Shown: positions 39,386-51,696 of the stretch, in pieces | How positions within the stretch are numbered: the stretch's first letter is position 1 | How the letters are laid out: each line of letters starts with the position of its first letter | The notes under the pieces: generated by a model | What the model saw: the letters and a program-made list of their open reading frames with translations, nothing else | Told to the model about the DNA's origin: nothing | Database searches by the model: none | Made by a program: the position numbers and the translations under genes | DNA from: Octopus vulgaris | Taxonomy: Eukaryota | Reading direction: 5' to 3' | NCBI GenBank assembly: GCA_951406725.2 | Contig: OX597818.1 | Span: 97,278,001-97,342,000 of the forward strand | DNA: 64,000 bases

Positions 39386-42188
39386 GATATGCAGTTGGAC
39401 TGAACCTCAAATCATAGCTGCAAAGCAAACTTCTTACCTGTACAGCCAAGCCTATGCCTGCATTTCATAATTTTCAATCTAATTTTGTGATCACTAATTA
39501 TTTTCATTATTATATTGAGTTAAAATTTTAAAATTTCATCTTTCTGGAAACTTACTTTAACATCCTGGAATTTAGTTATTAAAATGATAGAAGACTTTGT
39601 CTTCTTTAGATAACCAAAACTAAATCATAAATATAGCTACCTTTGAAGTGTTTTTTTTTTCTTTTCCACTGAAACGAAAAACAGTTTCTATGGAGATTGT
39701 TGTCATGCTTGTTAGATAGTTTTTGAAAATGATGTTCACACAAGTCCAGTTTCCTTTTTCCTATCAATTTGCCCATCAGCCAGTTTTTGTTTTCTAAATG
39801 CCTCCCATACATTGTTAGATCACCATTTGTGATTATAATAGTCAAACACACGTGCATACGCAGAGAGAGAGATGAATGTGTAGATGTACCATGGGTTAGA
39901 CCACTGACATGAAATAAATATATATATATATTGCTATAAAGATAAAGTTGATATATTTTAGGGGAGAAAGGGAGAATGCCTTTGGACTCTGTATTAATAC
40001 CATATACGACAAACATATTTTTTTAAGAAGCAAAAGAATGAGTATGTGCTGAATGGAAGTCTTGAAGAAATGGAGACCAAAATGTATCTTTTAGATAAAT
40101 GATGAAAATGATTGTTAATTAGAGAAATATATGTTGAGGAAATTCCTCAAATGACCAAAGACAAATATGAATTTTGCAAACAACTTAGCTTTAGAGTTAA
40201 AACTTGAAGTGGTACTCACTAGATCATAAATGCCAGTGTATAAGGTGACTGTGTGTGAACGAATACTTGCTGAAATTCTATTTAAAATGTAGTTTCGAGC
40301 TATACTTGCTGTATAAACTATCTAACAGTATTTCACAATAATGTGTTACGAGTATTGGTTTTGGTTCAGTGTTTGAGAAGTTTTCCCAAGATGGATACTA
40401 ATGAGTTTTTTTTTTTAGGTATGTTTTAGTATACACTGAAGCAAAATCAACAATTATTATCTATAATAGTTATTAAAACTGTGGACTGATGCTGTTTAGT
40501 ACACTTCTAAGTGACAGTAGTCTTGGTTAGCAAAATTTAGGCAGTCCATTTTAAATAACAGTAAGAATGTTAGCTACTTACCACAATATATGTCAAATGT
40601 ACCTGACAGGTGTATGTGAGCTTATGATTGCTGTGCTGTTATCTTAAGGTATATTTAACAGATTTGTACAACATTTTTATTATTTTTATTTCAAACCATA
40701 TTACTATTCTTGTTTCACAAACATACTTCTAAGTTTCAATAGAAAATATTGAGAATTAAGACTGTTGGTGCTGGGATCCACTAAATCACATAATATTTAG
40801 GTTCAGATTTTATACTTATGTGTAAGATGATCTCTTGAGTTTCTTTTTTCTTTTTTTTTTTTTTAAGGTTAAGATTCCATTATATACACTGACATGTATG
40901 GTATTCATAATGATAACCTAGAAAAATAACTCGCATGTTTAATATGACAGTATTAACCCCTTTATTACCAAGCCATCTTGTTCTAGATACAAACTTCCTG
41001 TTTAAAATGATCCAAATTAAAATCTTTCATTAAAATTCCACATTAATTTATGTTCCAAACACCTGTTTCATAATGATAAAATTATTTTACTAAACTCATC
41101 ATTATTTTAAAAATTAATTGAAAGAAAGACAGTTTATTTCAACAGACATATGGGAACAAAAAAAAGTTAAATAAACTTCGCATATTATTAGCATGGAAAT
41201 TAATATGCAAAAATATTTTTTTTAAAATTGTAAATTAATAAGTTTAGATACTAGTATTTACAGTTTTATTAATGAGAGTATCAGAATTACTTTCAACCTG
41301 TTATTTTTAATTTCTAAAATTTATTTATTTGCTTATTTATTGTTCTTGGCAGTGTTTCTGTAGGTAATATCTGCTGAAAGCATTCATGCATGCACTGACA
41401 CCCACAAACATACATACTGCTTGATTAAAAAAAAAATTAAATAATTAAACTTAAAATATATTGAATATTAGTAGATATGAATTGAAGTGCAATTCATTTG
41501 ATAGAAAAACAGGTTAAAAAAACCAAAAAAAAAAACAATTGAAAAAATGTGTGTTAGGTCTGAGCTGTTTGATAGGATTACTTTTACAGTGAGTTTGATT
41601 AGAAATCGATGTAATTACAAACTACAATTTATTGAGATTCTTAATCTTTAATTTGGTAGTATCAAAATTAAGATTCTCTGCTAAATGCTATTTGGCTGTC
41701 ATATTGCATTTGTCCATTAGCTAAAGAAAATAATTAGAATATTTTAAAAATAGGTGACTAAAATTTTAGGTTGTTGAATATCCTGTTGAACATCAATCAG
41801 GTAACTTTGTATGCAAAATTTCTAAGCAAACTGCTCTGTTATTCCTGATATTTTTTTTAATGCACATTTATGTTTGCATATATGTATATACAATGCTACC
41901 TTGTCATATATTACCTTTTTTAATAAAAAGCTACTTATAAGTATAAAAAAAAAAATTCCGTAGACTTTAGGTCAATGTTTTACATAAGAAATAGTGTTTG
42001 TAACTGTTAGTAATGGTTATTAGATGTTGAGGGTTGATGATTGTTTAAAGCAGGTTTCTAATCAGTGATTCACAAAGAGATTGTTGTCATTCATATTGAT
42101 GAACTGGTTGGAAAACAACCAATCTAGCTGGGAAAATGTACAAAGTTATTCATGTCATTGTAGCTTATACGTAATGTTAGCTGATGTG

Positions 42189-42225
<37 letters not shown>

Positions 42226-42228
<3 letters not shown>

Positions 42229-42784
42229 TGTGTTATAGAAGGCTGTAGCAATGCAGATCGAACATTAAATATCAATAACACCATCAACAAAGATATTGTA
42301 ATTTTATCTTAGAAATACTTGTTTGGTTCTGATATTTTGAGTAAAATACCCCTTTATGTAATCATTTAGAGAACAAGAGAAAGAGATAAATTACAAGTCC
42401 ATTAGGTTGTCATGACAATTCATCAGCATGCCAACCTAATGGACGTCTAATTTTTTTTCTTCCTTTTGTTCACTGTTTGATTGATAGATGGCTCTCACTT
42501 GGCTTGGAGGTTTGACCATAGTGGCTCAGCAAGCTAAGGTGGTTGTAGTGACCAGCAAATTGTAGGTTTTACATAAGTGACATTATAGGTAAATTGCCTT
42601 ACAGGCCTGTAGAACTCTTACCAATCTAGGTTTTTGTTCACTGAATGCTTTTGTAAAGGGGTATTTTACTCAAAATATCAGGACCAAGTAAATATTTCTA
42701 ATGCAACATTTCAATATCTTTGCAATTATGATTACTGATATTTAACATTCACTCTGCGTTGCTATATCTTTCTGTAACACTTTG
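42226..42784. repeat. Old fold-back element with ~150-bp outer arms and an inner hairpin
   Basis: ctgatattttgagtaaaataccccttta (about 42330) vs taaaggggtattttactcaaaatatcag (about 42655); inner 18-bp stem 42397-42444. Confidence 0.8.
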
Positions 42785-45700
42785 ACTTTCTACATGTTCT
42801 GTAATGCTTCAAGCAAATTACAGCACCCTACCTCCCCTCTTTCTCTCTCTCTCTCCCTCTCTCTACACACATATATATATGTGTTTGTGTGTGGAGAGAA
42901 AGAGAGAGGGGTATAGATATTTAAATCACAATGTGTATTAGAAAATCTTAGTTAAATTTAATCTTGTTTGCCTGCAGTTTATAACAGCCATGGTATAGAA
43001 AGTAATCAAATGTAAATACTTCTTATTGTCTTTGCACACAAAAAGTAAAGATGATCCTGATAAGTTTCAAGAAGGCTGGTTAGCCATTCTTTAGAGGATA
43101 AGTGCATTTCATCCTTCTTCTACTTATGAAGAGAATTTGATAACAGTCACTATTTAAATCAAGTATAAATCAGGACAAGGCTGAAATAGCTGACTAATTT
43201 GTGGTGTTATTAAAAAATTATTATTTTATGCATAGTTAATATGTATCAGAAAATCTAAGATGAATTTAGTCCACAGTAATTAACCTATAGTTTATAATGC
43301 TCTTCTGCTAGAGAGAGCGAGCAACTGTTAATACATTTTGTTCTCTCTGCACTCAGAAAATAAATGAGTTTTATCCTGATATATTTTAAGGGTGGTTGGC
43401 CCATCTTTATAGGTAGAAATGTAAGGAGTATTTTTCCTCTAATTAGAGGATATGTATGGAAATCTATGAGAAATGAAGGGACAAATAAGGCATTGATTTT
43501 GGCAACACATGGAAGTGCTGGGCTGGGTAGGATTAGTTGGGGGAGTGGATAGTGTTACTTTCTAGGAGGCTGTGTAGACTTTTAATCCCTTTTGAAGGAT
43601 AGAAATGAAGACTCAGGGAAAGATAGGAGTGGTTGTGGGTGTTTGATAGCAGAAAGTGCAATTTGCAAAGGATGCTGTACTGAAGCTGTTAAGTTGCATG
43701 GTGAAGTGTGAGGGATAAGGGGATCCAAACATTGGTTGGGTAAATGTGTGGTGAAGGTGTGGAAATATGTGTGATGGATTGGGCTTGACGGAGGATAGAA
43801 TCTATGATATTTCAAAGGGTACTCTTGTAAGATGAAAAAAAAATGGTTCATTTGCTTCAACTTTGAGACACATTCAAGGTTTTTGCCATGGTGACAAAGG
43901 TAGAGGGAAATGTGATTAATATTTTATTTTCAATAGTCTGAAGAGATCAGTTTTGACGTTTATACTGTTGAGATGTATGAAGTAAACATGATATACTAAT
44001 TTGTGTTAAATAGACTACTGCTTTCCTATTAAAAGAAATCTGTAAGGAATCATTGGTAGTGGTTTGACATGTGCACTACTGTAAAGCTGTGACTTAGCTA
44101 TTGGCTGCAATATGGTTGATGACCTTGTTTTTCTTTGATCTGCTTGTCAGTATGTTTAATTTCCCATGGAATTTATCACAAACTTTATCATATTCATTTC
44201 CTATACTCTATACTTAGATTAGTAAGAAATAAAAGATTTTTTTGTCACTTCCCTGTCAACAACAAACAATGTGTAACATATGTATTTGTGTGTTTTTCTT
44301 GGTCTTCTAGAGTTTGCTTGTTTGTTGAAAAAGAGAATTACGGCAATGTATGTCAGATACCTTCAGTGAGTAGTTCAGTTTATAGCAAGTTAATATATAC
44401 TTTATAGTGGTTTCCTGCAAGACAGGTATAGTGTGTTGAGCATTCATATATGTTCACATATGTTGGACAAGGCTTACAGTTGATATCAAATCAGATGTGA
44501 TTGAAGTTGGTAACAGCAACATTTCTCATGCGTCTCAAAACATGAAAGTTGTTTGGTGTTATATTTGAGAAGTTATTAAATTGTGGAGGCATGTGGCTTA
44601 GTGGTTAGGGTGTCAGCATCATGATTGTAAGATTGTGGTTTCGATTCACATTACTCCAGTCCGCTCAGCTGACAAAAATGAGTAACACTGCGATGGACTG
44701 GCGTCCCGTCCAGCTGGGGAACACATACACCATTGAAACCGGGAAACCAAGCCCATGAGCCTGGCTAGGCTTTAAAAGGGCGAAAGAAAAAATAATTCAT
44801 TAAATTAATCAAAATAACTATATTATTCTTTTTGGTATACTGCTATTAATTTCATCTTTCTTGTTTAGGTTACTTAATCTGTTTATCTGATGCCATTATG
44901 GAAATTTATTTGTGGGATCATGATTACAATGATGATGATAATTTAGAATTTAGTATTTATTTGTTTTGTTTTTTTAAATGTCTTAGTCAGTAGAGTGAGG
45001 GGTGCACCCATGAATCTTTCCATGCCCTCCATGACTGCTAAGAAGAAGTTATTCTCAATCTGAAGGCCTGGTCCAAGTGCTTGCAACAGAGTAGACTCTT
45101 TTAAAGAATTTCAAGATCCAGGTAATAGTTTAGCCGTGCAATATATTCATCAGTCCACTAACAATGTGAATTTAGTATTAGACCACCCACTAAAATATTT
45201 TAATTATCATGCAGGTAAATACATAATATTTTCCTCTTTAATCATTTCTTATCTGTCAAACAATCAGATTCCTAAATCTTAATGTTAAAAATAAAAATAA
45301 AAGTTTCACATAGTGGAAGTTAACTTTTGTCTTATTTATTGTTCTGAATATGTCTTATTGTTACCTATCTAATGATTACATATTCATACTAAAAATTGCG
45401 TCAGTCAATTGTTTCACTGATGACATCTGCTAAAATTCCCAAACAGCAGACTACTGAAATAGTAACCTTAACTTTCGTGGATTGTGCAGTAGCTAATTTC
45501 TTTAGTGCAAATCATTGAAACTGTATTTATTCATGCATAGTTGACCTGTATGTAGCCGAAGTTGGCAGTCATTAACTACCATTAAATTCCTGTACACCCT
45601 AACTGTTTTATAGAATGAAGTAGATATGAAAAGTTCAGTATTACTCAAGTAACATTCTTTTGTAAACAACTATTAAACTGAAAATTAATGATAATTGAAC

Positions 45701-45885
45701 TGGTATATACCTGAGTAAAAGCCAGTTGTATTAATTATTGTATGTCTACATGTAACAACCTTTCTTAAAAATAGTTTTGAATCTGTTCTATATGTATAAT
45801 GGTACAAACATGGCTGTATGGTTAAGAAGTTTGTTTCCAAACTACATGGTTAAGATTTCGTAGATAGAAACTGAGAGAAGCCTAC

Positions 45886-45918
<33 letters not shown>

Positions 45919-45919
<1 letters not shown>

Positions 45920-46215
45920 CGAGCAAAACGCCCCCCCCACCCGTCCAATGCCGAGTTGTCAAAGATTTAAACACCTGCAAAAGAAGAAATATAGACTTTT
46001 TCTCGCATACACGTATTATCAATTGCAACAGCTAATGTACTTGTGCATACAAATGCATGTTCCTATGGCTTTATCGATCACATTCTCACCTGGAATCGAT
46101 TTTTGTAATTTTTTCAAGACTTATACTGTCGGTATCTACATATCAAATTTGAGCGCAATTGGATGGAGGATGCCTGAGATCCTAGAAGGCACACAGACAG
46201 AACGGATTTTATATA
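45919..46215. mobile_element. Helentron-associated (HINE/DINE-like) non-autonomous element
   Basis: Inserted in (TA)n; ends caaatttgagcgcaattgg...cacagacagaacggattttatata; retains CpGs unlike its flanks. Classification is by resemblance only. Confidence 0.45.
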
Positions 46216-48569
46216 AAATATATATATATATATATATATATATTCTCCACCCTCATTAAACCATCAATTCTCTGTACCCGTACTATTCCTTCAGATTTAC
46301 TATTACCCACCTACAAGGCATTCACAAAAGAATAGAGAGAGAGACATCTGAAGACTATGGAAATATTTACCTATTTAAAGACTATGGAAATATCTACAAA
46401 ACATTTCACTTAATAATTTTTTTTTTTTCCAGTTTAATTGTTTTTCTTAGTTGAAAAAATTTTAAAGACAGAAACTGGTACTAAAATGTACTTCATGATA
46501 AAATTATTTTAGCATTTTCTACCTTGTCTTATTTTCCTTATCTGTCTGCCAAGAGAGGGGGAGAGTTTCAAAAATTAAACAGAAGCACAACAAAAGGAAC
46601 AAACAGAAAATTCACACACATGGCTTGGTTATGCTCATTCCTCATCAGTTATTGTCTAAAGAATCATTACAATTTCATGCCATGTGTGTACACTTGTGTC
46701 TCTTTGTATTGGCAGATGCTATAGTTGTGAAGTCACCATCATATAAATGGTATCATTCACTTCTGGTGTTCCATGAAAACATGTCTAGCCAAGGGAAAAA
46801 GATTACTTTACTAGGAAATAGATGAGGGTTGGCAACAGGAAGGGCATCCAACCAAAGAAAATTGACTATGGAAGTAGGGAAAAGTGGACATTAAACCAAT
46901 GGTGATAATATGCATGCATTCATGCATGTAGGCATGTATGTCGATTTGGGATACACAGTTGTGGTTTTGAAGCCAAACTTTTCCTGTGTTGGTGTGTTGT
47001 CCTTTTTGTAGCAATAAATTTTCAAATATTTAATATGTTTACAGTAAAGTTATCCTTCCCTACTACTCCAAACCTTGGAATGAAATAAATGGGTGTGGCT
47101 GTTTGGGTATTGACATTTTGGTTTGGCTGAATGCACATTCACACCTGTTTTAGTAATGAAGACAAGCACATACACACATACATGCAGGTATGCAAAAATA
47201 TATACTTATAGATAGATAGTGAGAAAGAGGAAGGAAGCGAGTGTGAAAGTGACATATACATACAAAGAGAACTTGGTGTTCACACACATATGCAGAGAAA
47301 GAGTAGGAGGGAATGAGAGTAACATTAAAATGTCTGATGTCAAGTAAGTCAGCATCGAATCAGAGATGCCAACCAGACTGCATCAAAATGGCTTTCCCAA
47401 AACCTCTCATACCCACCTTGATGTTACAGCAACATCTAATCATTGTAAACTTTATGAAAATTCTACTCGTAGTAATGATCAGATTTAGGAACTGAAGCAG
47501 TAAGTATAAATAACAATACCATTTTTCTCGTGTGTGTGTGTGTGTGTGTGTACACACATATGTGCATGGTCTCAATGGTGTGTACATTTTATAATGTTTA
47601 TGCAAAATTTATATATATTGTACATTTTTTATGAATATAACGTATGACACTAATAGCTGGAAATAAGTGTGAAGTTACTTTTCTGAATAGCCAGTTCTAC
47701 ATTTTTTTTAATAGACTTAATGGATTTGGTGCAAGTTGTGGAGGATTAAATCTGTTAATGTACCCAACTAGAAGTTTTTCAGTATAATGCTACACACAGA
47801 TTTCAAGGAATTTGGACCTGTTTTAGAAATTGATTTTGGTTGTTGTTGTTATCATTATTATTGTGGTTATATTTATGATTATTATTATGCATTAAATTTG
47901 CTTGTGTTAGGTTCTTAATAATAAATTACTTGTCATTGACACCAAGAAGCTTCTGGAATGATTAATGGTTGGACAGATTTTGTAACAGTAATGTTATCTT
48001 AATATTGAAGAATTATCTAGCTGGTGTTGTGTTTCTGAAAGCTTCTGTTGAAGTATCTATTTAAAATTTCACTTCTCTTCTTTTTCTTCGACAGGTCCTT
48101 GTTTCCCATTGTACTCTTTTTGTGATAAATATTTTAAAAATATCATAAGGTTGTTATTCAAATCCATAACTTTCTGTCATTCTTGGGGGGGAAAAAAAGA
48201 AGATATTGAGGATTTATATGTAAAAATAAATCTAGAAAAGCTTTTTATTTATTTTGACAAACTTTACTCAAATGTGCATAACCCCTTTGTTATATTTCTA
48301 CTGAAATACACTGTTTCAATTAATTTTGAAAATATAGAGGAATTTAGTATAATAGCTTTATCATAATGAAGCTGGTGTTTGAAACATAAATTAGGGTGAA
48401 ATGTTGATGGAAAGTTTTTAGATCTCTTTAAGACAGGAAGTTTGCATCAAAGAATGAAGGGCAGTCTCAGGTGTGTTGGAACCAAAATGGTCAAATTTCA
48501 CTCAAGATTTTGTTCTCAGTCTTGTTCCTTTTTAACTGTCATCTAACAGTCTTCTACTCTCTTTACCTT

Positions 48570-48945
48570 GTCACATAATGGCTGCTTGCTGCCATTGCCT
48601 GTGTATTTGTTTCATGGCTTCAGTTTGTGTTTTATTTCTTGGCTCCCATTTTCCTGTGTTTGTGTATTTCTGGGCTCCCATTTGTCTGTGTGTCTGCCTC
48701 TGTGCTATCATTTGCCTATGTGTGTGTCTCCTGGATCCCATTGTTTGTATGTGTGTGTGTGTCTTCTGGTTCTTGTTTACCGCTGTGTTTGTGTCCCTCT
48801 CTCTTTCGTTCTCTCTCACTCTCATGGCTCTCATTTGCCTCTGCATATGTGTTTCTTTCTTGGCTCTCATTTGCCTGTGTGTGTGTGTGTGTCCAGGCTC
48901 TTGTTTGCTTCTGTGTGTCTGTCTCTTGGCTCTCATTTGGCTGTA
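48570..48945. repeat. Degenerate minisatellite (~30-35 bp, ggctc(t/c)catttgcctgtgtgt)
   Basis: Repeated ggctcccattt/ggctctcattt units separated by TG runs. Confidence 0.8.
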
Positions 48946-49115
48946 TGAATATATATCTTTTTGAATTTCTTTCACTTCACTGATTGTCTATTATGTTTTT
49001 TTAAAATTCATGTTACTTTGATTGTGGCTTCCATTAACCTTTGTATTTTTTGATTTTAGTTCTTAAGTTTCTTTTTTTGTCGGCTTTTTTCTAAATGAAA
49101 TGAAATGATACATTA

Positions 49116-49351
49116 CAGTAATCCCTTGCCATATCGCAGTTCACCTATTGTGCACTCAGTACATCACGGTCCACCTATTGCGCACTCAGTACATTGTGGA
49201 TTTTTCTGGTTAATGTATGTAAATTTATATCGTGGGCTCCTCAGTATATCATGGGTTTCTGCGGCCAATAGGTATTTATATTTTTTTATATTTTAATTAT
49301 TTCTGTGGGAGGTTTTGGAACATAACACCCATGATAGTCGAGGGATTACTG
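49116..49351. mobile_element. Tigger/pogo-like MITE
   Basis: TA|CAGTAATCCCT(T/C)G TIRs at both ends with TA target duplication; internal 29-bp tandem duplication. Confidence 0.88.
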
Positions 49352-50962
49352 TACTTGACAATATTTACATCTCACACAATCTCTTCTTGATAAGAAACAA
49401 ATTAATATCCTCATAGGTTTCAATTATCTGATGTTTTAAGCTGCAAGAGGCTTAAAACCTACATCTTAGCTTAGTTGTAGCCATTACTTTTAGTGTCTGT
49501 GTTGATGAAACCGAGAAAGAATTTTGAGATGAAACTTGATAAGTAATGAATGGGGAAATATGAATGCAATAATTTTTATTGATGAAGCTTCTGCCAGCTG
49601 CAGATTTTGAAGTTTTCTTATGATATCATGCTCTGCTAAATGTTTTAAGCAACTATGTATTTGGGAAATATGAGATTCTGCTGAGACAGGTAGATGTATG
49701 GACTAAAGTTGGTAGAGAAATGAATGATTAGATTACAGCTTGTTGGGTTCTTTTTAGTCAACAATAACAACTACAATAATAATCTTTTCTACTAAAGGCA
49801 CAAGGCCTGAAATTTTTTGGGAGGGAACTAGTTGGTTGCATTGACCCTAATGTTTCACTGGTATGTAACTTATCGACCCTGAAAGGATGAAAGGCAAAGT
49901 TGACCTCAGGGGAATTTGAACTCAGAATGAAGCGGCAGCCGAAATACTGCTAACGATTTTGCCAGTTTGCCACCTTACAACAACAACAATAATAATAATA
50001 ACACTAATTATATGATAATAATAATAATAATAATAATAATATCCTTGATGAAAATAATTATTTCCTTTCTTGGTGAAAAGTCAGAAATCTTTTAGAGGAA
50101 GAGCGCAGTTGGGTAAATAATCACTACTTCATGACTGAAACTTATTTTATTAACCTGGAAAGATTAAAGGTAAATTTGGCTCTCCCAGGATTTGAATGCA
50201 GGAGAACAAAATAAATGAATATTATGTTCTCTATCCTTTCTGCTTCTCAATATATTACGATAATGATTACCTTTGATAGCACAAAATCCAACATTTTTTT
50301 TTTGTAGAAAAGGAGTAAACCCAAGTGTATTATCATAACTTGTTTATTGCCTCTAGAGCAGTGATTCTCATTGGGAGAGACCTGATGGGTGGGGGCTGTG
50401 ATGATTGAAAATCTTTTGATAAAAATATTAGTTTTAAATTTGTCCAACACTATGGCATAGGAAGAGTCATATGGATGCAAACTATATGATGCTTTTTCAT
50501 CAATAAAAGAGAATAGTTGAAATTTCTATAATTTTGTTTCTTTTGGGAAGTTGGTGTGTTTTTGATATTTGTCAGTTTGAGAATCCTTGTGCTAAAGAGA
50601 TCAGTGGTAAAAATGATGATAATAATTTAAAATGAAGACCAAAATTGTGTTTTTTCAGAGGTGGTGGGGAAGCTTTTACTTACTATTGTTAAAGTTTGAA
50701 TCAAGTGGTAAAATGTATTAGAGTAGGGACGAAGTATTATGGTTTAATTCTACAACTGGTTTTTAATTTGAATTGTAAATAAAAAGAAAAAGAAGTGGAA
50801 AACATTCTCTCTATGGTCAGATTTTAAACATAGTTTCTTGTCTAGGTTAGTTTAACAGTGATTAGATACTTGCATTTTAATTTGCCAGAATGTATTAGAA
50901 TGAATGTGTATATCACTGTTTTGACTTTTGCTGTCCTCTGTTTATGATGAATTATTACTATT

Positions 50963-51696
50963 AGAAGCACTGCTGGTGCTATCTTTCTGGTGAGGCAACT
51001 GCAGGAGAAGTATTTAGTCAATAATAAACCTCTGTATTTAGCTTTTGTTTCGTGGAGAAAGCCTTTGACAAGGTCCCCCACTCCTGTATCTGGTAGGCAA
51101 TGCATAAGCTAAAGAGAGACGAGTGGTTAGTGAGAACTGTAAAAGTCACATACAGGAATGCTATCAGGAACATGAAAGTCAGTAATGAGTATAGCAAGGA
51201 ATTTAGCATACAGGTAAGAGTTCACCAAAGATCTGTCTACAGCCCTGTCATGTTTATCATAGTCCTTCAGGCCATAACAGAAGAATTTAAGACTGGCTAC
51301 CTTTGGGAACTTCTCTATACTGATGACCTTACTGAATCACTACCTGAACTAGAGAAGAAATTTCAGATGTGGAAGTAAGGTCTTGAATCAAAGGGCTATA
51401 AAGTTAATTTACAAAAGAGTAAAGTCCTAGTAAGTAGAAAAACAAATTACTGATCCCTTCAGGGAGATGGCTCTGCTTGATACATAGAAAAGATGCCTTG
51501 TTAAAAACACCTAGTACACTCTGTACCACATAAATCACCCAGTATACTTTGTAAAGTAGTTGGCATTAGGAAGGGCATTTAGCTGTAGAGTCCATGCCAA
51601 AACAGACAAGTGGAGCCCAGGTAGCTTTCCCACTGGCCAGCTCTTGTCAAACTATCCAACCAGCATGAAGAATAGAGATTAAATTATGATGATGAT
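50963..51696 (+). mobile_element. RTE-clade LINE: reverse-transcriptase fragment plus 3' tail
   Basis: RSTAGAIFLVRQLQEKYL..KPLYLAFV/EKAFDKVP..VHQRSVYSP..WELLYTDDL (YADD variant), frameshifted; followed by gttggcattaggaagggcat..gctgtag and (GAT)n. Confidence 0.9.
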
